A stretch of 64,000 nucleotides of DNA from positions 912,940-976,939 of the forward strand of contig CAWAFX010000002.1 of assembly GCA_963781495.1 (NCBI GenBank), given 5' to 3'. The notes beneath the pieces are model-generated. The model was not told the DNA's origin and ran no database searches. It saw only the letters and a list, made by a program, of their open reading frames with translations. Shown piece after piece: positions 57,563 to 64,000 of this stretch (positions within the stretch are counted from its first letter, which is position 1; each line of letters opens with the position of its first letter). A program made the position numbers and the translations under genes. This stretch comes from an uncultured Solirubrobacterales bacterium. Its GTDB lineage: Bacteria; Actinomycetota; Thermoleophilia; Solirubrobacterales; 70-9.

Positions 57563-57613
57563 GCGGCGGCTTCGCCGCCTGACCTGCCTCTGCCGCGACA
57601 CTTTGTGTCGCGG
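57563..57613. terminator. two hairpins between convergent ddl and kinase genes
   Basis: GCGGCG-gctt-CGCCGC (57563-57578) and CCGCGACAC-ttt-GTGTCGCGG (57593-57613). Confidence 0.5.
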
Positions 57614-57619
57614 CCCGGC

Positions 57620-59122
57620 TCAACTTGTCAGCTTGATGTCGCTGATCGCGACCTGGTAGCGGCCGGGCTGGTCCTTGGCCGGCGCCGCCTTGGTGAACCA
57701 GAGCAGGTAGGCGCCCTTGTCCCCGGCCGGGCGCAGCTTGATCAGCTGCTGCGACTTCGCGTCGGCGACGGTGCCGATCGGCTGTCCCCAGTCCGACAGC
57801 ACGTCCGGAGGCGAGCCGGCGACGGCATAGACGCTGGCGTCCCAGCCCGGGGTGGTGGTCCGGACCTCCATCCTGCGCGCCGCGGCGGGCTTGGAGGTCT
57901 CGACGTAGATCCCGACCCCGGACTTGATTCCACCCCAGTCGGGGGTGTCGTAATGGTCGGTCGTCCACGAGGTCGAGGTCGGGTTGCCGTCCTTGACCAG
58001 ATTGACCTGGCTCGGGTCCTCCGAGAGGTCCCCCTCGGGGTCGAAGTCGGTCGCGGAGCTGATCGCGATCGGCTTGCCGCCGGGGCCGCCACCGCCACCG
58101 CCGACGTTGCCGCTGGAGATCAGGACCACGGCGACGACGACGGCCGCCGCGATCACCAGCACCGCCAGAGCTCCGAGCAGCGAACGCCGGCTGGCGCCGC
58201 GCAGCCAGCGGCGCCGCGGCTTGACCGCCTTCAGCACCGTCGTCGCCTCGCCCTCGGTGCCGCCGGCCCGCGCCGCCTCCACCTGCAGCGCCGTCTCGAG
58301 GTCCTCGATCATCTGCTCGATGCTCGCGTAGCGCTTGCTGAGGTCCTTGGTCGTCGCGCGCTCGATCGTCAGCGCCGCCGCCGCCGAGATCCCGGGCCGG
58401 CGCCGCTGCACGTCGGGCAACTCCTCGTTGACGTGCTTCATCGCCACCCCGACCTGGGTGTCGGCGCTGAACGGGACCTCACCGGTCAGCATCTCGTAGA
58501 GCACGACGCCAAGCGAGTAGACGTCGGAGCGCGGGTCGACCCCCTGGCCCATCGCCTGCTCCGGGGAGACGTAGTCGGTCGTCCCCAGCACCCGGCCGGT
58601 GTCGGTGACGCCCTGCTGCTCGAGCTGGCGGGCGATACCGAAATCGGTCACCTTGGCCCGGCCCTCGGCGTCGATCAGCACGTTCTGCGGCTTGACGTCG
58701 CGGTGGACCAGGCTGCGCTTGTGGGCCACGGTCAGGCCGCGGCCGATCTCGATCGCGTAGGCCAGCGCCTCCTGCGGCTCCAGCGGTCCGAGCCGCTTGA
58801 TCCGCTGCTTGAGGTTCTCGCCCTCGACGTACTCGAAGACGATGTAGGGGTGGCCGCCGTCCTCGCCGGCGTCGATCACGGCGACGATGTTGGGGTGCGA
58901 GAGCTTTGCCACCGCCCGCGCCTCGCGCCGAAAGCGCTCCAGCTGGTCGGGCTGCTCTGACATCTCCCGGTGCATGACCTTGACCGCGACCTGGCGGTCG
59001 AGCGTGGTGTCGCGGGCCAGATAGACGGTCGACATGCCGCCGCTTCCCAGCTTCGCCTCGAGGCGGTAGCGGCCGGAGAGCACGGTGCCGATCATCTGGG
59101 CGCTTGTCGAGCGGGCTTCCAT
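57620..59122 (-). CDS. Ser/Thr protein kinase with extracellular galactose-binding-like C-terminal domain
   Basis: Starts MEARSTS, with an alternative Met at 59095. It has kinase motifs (GSGGMSTVY, HRDVKPQNVLI, DFGIAR), a TM, and a beta-rich domain of about 150 aa (NPTSTSWTTDHY...GIYVE...YQVAISDIKL). Confidence 0.8.
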   Translation of the reverse strand: MEARSTSAQMIGTVLSGRYRLEAKLGSGGMSTVYLARDTTLDRQVAVKVMHREMSEQPDQLERFRREARAVAKLSHPNIVAVIDAGEDGGHPYIVFEYVEGENLKQRIKRLGPLEPQEALAYAIEIGRGLTVAHKRSLVHRDVKPQNVLIDAEGRAKVTDFGIARQLEQQGVTDTGRVLGTTDYVSPEQAMGQGVDPRSDVYSLGVVLYEMLTGEVPFSADTQVGVAMKHVNEELPDVQRRRPGISAAAALTIERATTKDLSKRYASIEQMIEDLETALQVEAARAGGTEGEATTVLKAVKPRRRWLRGASRRSLLGALAVLVIAAAVVVAVVLISSGNVGGGGGGPGGKPIAISSATDFDPEGDLSEDPSQVNLVKDGNPTSTSWTTDHYDTPDWGGIKSGVGIYVETSKPAAARRMEVRTTTPGWDASVYAVAGSPPDVLSDWGQPIGTVADAKSQQLIKLRPAGDKGAYLLWFTKAAPAKDQPGRYQVAISDIKLTS

Positions 59123-59174
59123 CGAAGTCTCAGTAGGGAGGTTTACGCATCTGACACGTATTCTCGGCAACTCC

Positions 59175-60053
59175 GTGCCCGTCGAGGTCCGCTACATGTC
59201 CGATCCCGTCTGCACCTGGTCCTGGGGCAGCGAGCCGAAGCTGCGCAAGTTGGATTGGGAGTTCGAGGCCGAGCTCGAGTTCGTCTGGGTGATGGGCGGC
59301 CTGGCGCGTACATACGGGGCCGACTATCGCGACTTCCAATCCCGCCCCGGCGCCGGCCCCGACTGCTTCGCCGACCTGATCTCGCACTGGCTCGACGTCG
59401 CCGAGCAGACGGGGATGCCGGTCGACCCGCGAATCTGGACCGAGAACCCGATCAAGAGCAGCTATCCGGCCTGCATGGCGGTCAAGGCAGCGGCCGAGCA
59501 GGGCTCCGAGGCGGCCGGGCGCTACCTGCGGCGGATTCGCGAGGGACTGATGATCGAGCGCCGGCGCCTCGATCACGCCGATGCGCTGGTCGCCGAGGCC
59601 GGACCGGCCGGACTCGACATCGAGCGCTTCCGGATCGATCTCGGCTCGCACGCGATCACCGAGAAGTTCGCGGCCGACCTCGACGAGGTGCGTGCGGTGA
59701 CGCAGGCCGCTCGCGACGCCGACGCGGTGGGGGACACCGAGGGCAAGGAGCGGGTCTCGTTTCCTTCCCTGGTCTTCATCGGCAGCGACGGCGAGCGGCA
59801 CGGGGTCTGGGGCTGGCAGCCGTACGAGGCCTATCGCGAAGCGGCCCTGGCCGCCGGGGCGTCGAGGCGCAACGAAGGCCCGCTGGAGCCGCTGGACGCG
59901 GTGGGGCGGTTCGGCCGCCTGGCGACGATCGAGGCCCAGGTGCTGGCCGACCGGCCCCGGCCGCCGGTCGAGGCGGAGCTCTGGCGGCTGGCGACCGAAT
60001 GGAAGCTGAAGCCTGTGCAGGTCCTCACCGGGACGATGTGGGATAAGGCCTAG
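59175..60053 (+). CDS. DsbA/FrnE-like thioredoxin-fold protein
   Basis: VEVRYMSDPVCTWSWG is an atypical CxxS/W active-site region. It has a helical insertion and a thioredoxin-fold C-terminus. The start is GTG 59175 or ATG 59196. Confidence 0.7.
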   Translation: MPVEVRYMSDPVCTWSWGSEPKLRKLDWEFEAELEFVWVMGGLARTYGADYRDFQSRPGAGPDCFADLISHWLDVAEQTGMPVDPRIWTENPIKSSYPACMAVKAAAEQGSEAAGRYLRRIREGLMIERRRLDHADALVAEAGPAGLDIERFRIDLGSHAITEKFAADLDEVRAVTQAARDADAVGDTEGKERVSFPSLVFIGSDGERHGVWGWQPYEAYREAALAAGASRRNEGPLEPLDAVGRFGRLATIEAQVLADRPRPPVEAELWRLATEWKLKPVQVLTGTMWDKA

Positions 60054-60679
60054 GAGTCGCCGGCATAGCGGCGGACCGCCTCGACGACCGCGTCCGGCGC
60101 CTTGGCCGGGGAGCCGGCGTCGTGCGGCGGCTGCGGGTCGTATTCGATCGCCAGCTGCACCGCCTGCGACGCCTCGGGTCCGATCTCGTCGTCGACGATC
60201 CGCAGCGCCATGTCGATCCCCGCGGAAACACCGGCGGCGGTGACCAGCTTGCCCTCCTTGACGACCCGCTCCGAGGTCGGTTCGGCGCCGTAGCGGCGCA
60301 GCTGGTCGAGGAACATCCAGTGGCTGGTCGCCCGCTTTCCCTCCAGCAGCCCGGCGGCGCCGAGGACCAGCGAGCCGGTGCAGACCGAGGTCGTCCAGCG
60401 GCTGCCGGCGTCGATCTCGCGCAGCCAGCCGAGCACGCGCTCGTCCTCGAGCAGCGGCCGGTTGCCCTCGCCGCCGCCGACCAGCACCATGTCGGCCTCG
60501 CCGACGTCGTCGATCGAGTGGTCGGCGACCAGTCCGAGGGCGCCGCTGTCGGCGCGCACCGTTCCGGCTTCGGGGGCGACGAAGCGGACCTCCCAGCCGG
60601 GGACCGAGCGCAGCACCTCGTAGGGCCCGATCACGTCGAGGACCGTCAGCCGGTCGAAGATCAGGATCGCGATCTGCAT
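60050..60679 (-). CDS. DJ-1/PfpI family protein
   Basis: 209 aa with the nucleophile elbow SVCTGSLVLG and HW following. Confidence 0.85.
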   Translation of the reverse strand: MQIAILIFDRLTVLDVIGPYEVLRSVPGWEVRFVAPEAGTVRADSGALGLVADHSIDDVGEADMVLVGGGEGNRPLLEDERVLGWLREIDAGSRWTTSVCTGSLVLGAAGLLEGKRATSHWMFLDQLRRYGAEPTSERVVKEGKLVTAAGVSAGIDMALRIVDDEIGPEASQAVQLAIEYDPQPPHDAGSPAKAPDAVVEAVRRYAGDS

Positions 60680-60720
60680 CGTGGCGACGGTATCAGCGCG
60701 CCTTGGCCGTGCCGCCGCGA

Positions 60721-61725
60721 TCAGCCGCCGTGCAGCTCGCGCGGGCCCTCGACCGCGGCGCCGATCCGCCTCGCGGCGGGGTAGTGGCGGCGCAGCGCCT
60801 CCAGCGCAGCCCCCTCGCCGGCGGTGGCGACGACGCAGCAGAACCCGCAGCCGAGGTTGAAGACCTGCGCCATCTCCTCGTCGGAGACCTCGGCCCGCTC
60901 CTGGATCAATCCGAAGATCGGCGGCGCCTGAAGCGGTTCGTCGATCCGGTAGCCGACCTCGGCCCGCATCCGCAGCAGGTTGCCGAGGCCGCCAGAGGTG
61001 ATGTGGGCCAGCCCCCGGACCTCCGCCGGCGAGGCCAGCAGGTCCATGACCGCCCGCACGTAGATCTCGGTCGGGCGCAGCAGCAGGTCCCCCAGCGGCT
61101 CGCCGAGGCGGTCGTCGTCGAGCGGGATTCCGTCCAACGCCCGCCGCGCCAGCGTGTAGCCGTTGGAGTGCAGCCCGGAGGAGGGAAGGCCGATCACCGG
61201 GTCGCCGGGCTCGATCGCGCCGCCGTCGATCACGGCGTCGAGCCCGACGACGCCGAAGCAGGCCCCAGCGAGGTCGAAGCCGCGCACCAGCCCACCCAGC
61301 TGCGCCAGCTCGCCGCCGGGGATCTCGACCCCGGCGACCTGGGCGCCGCGGGCGAGCCCGACCCCGATCTGGCGGCAGACCTCGACGTCGGCCTGCTCGA
61401 TCGCGACGTAGTCGAGCATCGCCAGCGGCTCGGCCCCGACGCAGATCACGTCGTTGACGTTCATCGCCACGCAGTCGATGCCGACGCTGTCGTAGCGCTT
61501 CAGCTGTTCGGCGATCGCGAGCTTGGTGCCGACGCCGTCGGTCGAGAGCGCGATCCCGATCCGCTCGTCGAGGCGGATCACGCTCGCGTAGTGCCCCGGC
61601 AGCGGGACCTGGCGCGAGGGGCGGCCGAGCTCGATTGCGCCCAGCGAGGCGACCAACGCCGCGACCGCGGAGTCGGCTGCGCTCTGGTCGACCCCGGCAC
61701 GGGCGTAGGCGCCGGTGTCGCTCAT
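60721..61725 (-). CDS. purM: phosphoribosylformylglycinamidine cyclo-ligase (AIR synthetase)
   Basis: 334 aa with YARAGVD, LSTDGVGTK and GLHSNGY motifs. Confidence 0.85.
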   Translation of the reverse strand: MSDTGAYARAGVDQSAADSAVAALVASLGAIELGRPSRQVPLPGHYASVIRLDERIGIALSTDGVGTKLAIAEQLKRYDSVGIDCVAMNVNDVICVGAEPLAMLDYVAIEQADVEVCRQIGVGLARGAQVAGVEIPGGELAQLGGLVRGFDLAGACFGVVGLDAVIDGGAIEPGDPVIGLPSSGLHSNGYTLARRALDGIPLDDDRLGEPLGDLLLRPTEIYVRAVMDLLASPAEVRGLAHITSGGLGNLLRMRAEVGYRIDEPLQAPPIFGLIQERAEVSDEEMAQVFNLGCGFCCVVATAGEGAALEALRRHYPAARRIGAAVEGPRELHGG

Positions 61726-62648
61726 GCGACCGGCCGATCCGCGCCCACGGTGCTCACGCTGCTCTCGGTCGCCGTTGCTGGATGCTCAGATTGAATCTCG
61801 GCCGGCGGTCGCCTTCGCAGCCGCACCAGGACGGCGGCGGCAAGGGCGGCGCGGTAGGCGGCGTAGGGCCAGAGCGCCCGGTCGCGCTCGACCTGGCGGA
61901 TCAGCCCCTGGGAGGCGAGCGTCGATGCGAAGGAAGCGGCAATGCCGATCCCCATTGCCCGCCGCAGCGAGGGGTCGGTCCGCCTCGAGGCGAGCCGGGC
62001 GCCCTTGAGGATCGTCGCCCCGACGATGATCGGCAGCGCCACCGTGCGCGAGAGCAGGTTCGCGTGCTCGCGCGAGAAGCCGCGCCAGCGGGCGGCGGCG
62101 AGGGTGGCGCCGTTGCGCGACACGCCCGGTGCGAGGGCCGCCGCCTGGGCCAGCCCGAGCGCCAGCCCGTCGGCCGGGCCGGCTTCTCCACGCCCCCGCC
62201 GCTGCGGACGGCGGTCGCTGACGACCATCGCCGCCGCCCCGGCGAGAAGCCCGAAGGCCGTCGCCCGCGGCCCGCCGAGCCGGCGCTCGATCGGCCGCTC
62301 GAGGGTGTACCCGACCAGCGCCGCCGGGGCGAAGGAGAGCAGCAGCACCGCGGCCCGGCGGGCATCGAAGGAGCGAAGCTCCTCGGCGATCACCCGCCGC
62401 TGGCCGATCAGCAGCGCCGCCGCCGCCCCGGCATGAAGCGCGACTTCGAAGCTCTTGCGCAGCTCGGGGTCGAGGCCCTCCCAGTCCCAGCCGGCGAGCC
62501 ATGGCACCAGCACCAGGTGGGCCGAGCTGGAGACCGGCAGCAGCTCCGCCGGTCCCTGGATCAGACCCAGCGCCGCCGCCCGGCCCGCCGGGATCGCCGA
62601 CTCTGCCGTGTTGGGGGGACCGCTGCCGTCTGGCCCCGCCGCGCTCAA
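61722..62648 (-). CDS. uppP: undecaprenyl-diphosphate phosphatase (BacA/UppP)
   Basis: It has GLIQGPAELLPVSSSAHL, PGVSRNGAT and a polytopic body. The TTG start at 62648 forms a TTGA overlap with the dedA stop. The Arg-rich N-terminus of the track ORF is rejected. Confidence 0.85.
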   Translation of the reverse strand: MSAAGPDGSGPPNTAESAIPAGRAAALGLIQGPAELLPVSSSAHLVLVPWLAGWDWEGLDPELRKSFEVALHAGAAAALLIGQRRVIAEELRSFDARRAAVLLLSFAPAALVGYTLERPIERRLGGPRATAFGLLAGAAAMVVSDRRPQRRGRGEAGPADGLALGLAQAAALAPGVSRNGATLAAARWRGFSREHANLLSRTVALPIIVGATILKGARLASRRTDPSLRRAMGIGIAASFASTLASQGLIRQVERDRALWPYAAYRAALAAAVLVRLRRRPPAEIQSEHPATATESSVSTVGADRPVA

Positions 62649-63337
62649 CTGCCGCCGGCGCTCGCGGGTTCGGGTTGGCGCTTGTCCTCGCGGGGGCCTC
62701 CGCCGCCGCCTCGCCGCCACCTGATCAGCAGGTAGACGATCCCGGCGACGACCGCCAGCGTGGCGGCGTAGTCGAGGTACTGGAGGTGGTCGCGCCACCT
62801 GTCCCAGTTGTTGCCGACCGCATCGCCGAGCACCGCGAGGCCGAGGATCCAGGGAAGCGATCCCAGTGCGGTCAGCCAGCTGAAGCGCCAGAGCGGCATC
62901 TCCGCCATCCCCGCCGGCAGCGAGATCAGCGCCCGCACGACCGGCACCATCCGGGTCCAGAAGACGGCGGCATCGCCGTGGCGCTCGAACCAGCGGTCGG
63001 TCGCCTTCAGCGCATCGGAGCTGACGTGGATGAGCCGGTTCTTCTCCAGCAACTCGGTGCGGCCGTAGTAGCCGACCGCGTAGATCAGCCAGGAGCCGAC
63101 CAGCTGCCCGGCCATCCCGGCGGCGACGATCCCGATCATCGACTGGTCGCCCTTGGAGACGCCGAAGCCGGCAAACAGCATCACCGCCTCGCTCGGCACC
63201 GGAAGGCAGGCGGCGTGCAGGAACATGAGGAAGAAGACACCGGCCAATCCGGTGTCATCGATGACGTTGACGCAGAAGTCAACGATCGGCCCGCTGAGGC
63301 TTGCCACGGGGCCAGCGTGAAGTGCGAGGTCGGTCAT
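62645..63337 (-). CDS. DedA-family membrane protein
   Basis: 230 aa with the motifs LPVPSE..MLFAG, GYYGR and F..R..PVVR..IS.PAG, typical of DedA/SNARE-associated proteins. Confidence 0.85.
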   Translation of the reverse strand: MTDLALHAGPVASLSGPIVDFCVNVIDDTGLAGVFFLMFLHAACLPVPSEAVMLFAGFGVSKGDQSMIGIVAAGMAGQLVGSWLIYAVGYYGRTELLEKNRLIHVSSDALKATDRWFERHGDAAVFWTRMVPVVRALISLPAGMAEMPLWRFSWLTALGSLPWILGLAVLGDAVGNNWDRWRDHLQYLDYAATLAVVAGIVYLLIRWRRGGGGGPREDKRQPEPASAGGS

Positions 63338-63429
63338 GCTGGCGGGGGCGACATGCTACGGCAGGTTCCTTGCCGGGATGCCCCGCAGACCGCCTTGGGG
63401 CGGGGATGCCCTCTAAAATCGCCGAGCCG

Positions 63430-64000
63430 ATGCATCGCTTGAACCACCCCGTCTACCGGGGCCGAACGCTTCAGGTGCTCGCGGACGTGGTGCTTTGCGC
63501 GCTGGCCTTCCTGCTCGCCTTCCGCCTCCGCTTCCTCGACGAGCCGCGCGGGATCCCGGACCGCTACTGGACGCTTTTCCTGCAGTCGGTCGCCTTCGTC
63601 GCCGTCGGCAAGGTGATCGTCTTCGCCGGCTTCGGCCTCTACCAGAAGTGGTGGCGTTACGTGGGCCTGCGCGACTTCGCCGGGATCGTCCGCGCGGTCG
63701 CGGTCTCGAGCCTGCTGCTGATCGTCGTCTTCACGGTGGTCAAGCCGTTCGACGACAACCTCCCGCGCTCGGTCGCGGTGATGGACTTCATGTTCACTCT
63801 CGGGCTGGTCGCCGGGGCGCGGCTGCTGGTGCGCCTCGTCGTCGAGCGCCCGGGACGCGGGACGAGGATCGCGCGCGGGCGCGACGTGCTTGTCGTCGGG
63901 GCGGGCTCGGGCGGTCAGATGGTGGTGCGCGAGCTGCAGCTGAACCCGAACCTGGGCTCGGTCGCGATCGGCTTCCTAGACGACGACCCCCGCAAGCGTG
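63430..64000 (+). CDS. membrane-bound polysaccharide biosynthesis protein, CapD/WbpM/PglF-like NDP-sugar dehydratase (5' partial, runs off the window)
   Basis: It is open from ATG 63430 to the window end. Four N-terminal TMs are followed by the Rossmann start VLVVGAGSGG and IGFLDDDPRK. Confidence 0.75.
   Translation, partial: MHRLNHPVYRGRTLQVLADVVLCALAFLLAFRLRFLDEPRGIPDRYWTLFLQSVAFVAVGKVIVFAGFGLYQKWWRYVGLRDFAGIVRAVAVSSLLLIVVFTVVKPFDDNLPRSVAVMDFMFTLGLVAGARLLVRLVVERPGRGTRIARGRDVLVVGAGSGGQMVVRELQLNPNLGSVAIGFLDDDPRKR

Overview
This is a high-GC chromosomal window from an Actinomycetota-like genome, and it spans the replication origin. The diagnostic backbone is rpmH-rnpA-yidD-yidC-jag-rsmG-parA-parB on the minus strand (29.3-33.8 kb). 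It diverges from dnaA-(DnaA boxes)-dnaN-recF-DUF721-gyrB-gyrA on the plus strand (34.0-43.3 kb).

Upstream (6-16 kb) lies a long co-directional minus-strand run of respiratory and cofactor genes. It contains polyprenyl synthase, ubiE/menG, a Bacillus-type split qcrABC menaquinol:cytochrome c reductase, hemL, a fused siroheme-decarboxylase-like gene, hemB and an ABC-2 exporter.

Downstream (47.7-59.1 kb) is the actinobacterial cell-wall signalling cluster fhaA-fhaB-pstP-rodA/ftsW-pbpA-pknB. Here it is extended by an upstream polytopic Ser/Thr kinase, a directly abutting ddl and a convergent third kinase. The Bacillus-type qcr architecture suggests a deep-branching actinobacterial class such as Thermoleophilia or Rubrobacteria, but that is inference only.

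The only clearly accessory stretch is about 23.7-29.25 kb. It holds an 18-nt coding-like tandem repeat, a winged-helix regulator, a DMT permease and a small three-gene operon with an unlisted 54-aa ORF. It also holds a 2.7-kb islet carrying a secreted beta-helix protein. That islet is bracketed by tRNA-Ile and a 42-nt direct repeat of its 3' half, with a second tRNA-3'-half-like fragment and homologous arm sequences inside, and no integrase.

Other items worth a second look:
- a translationally coupled dedA-uppP pair
- a frameshifted SDR gene
- an orphan near-perfect Shine-Dalgarno, mini-ORF and hairpin-rich 280-nt gene-free region downstream of the gyrA-SDR genes
- an orphan truncated kdpD-like/kdpE pair
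- two ddl paralogues

I found no CRISPR array, rRNA, transposase, integrase or recognisable defence system. All functional calls come from reading the supplied translations for family-specific motifs. No database search was run.
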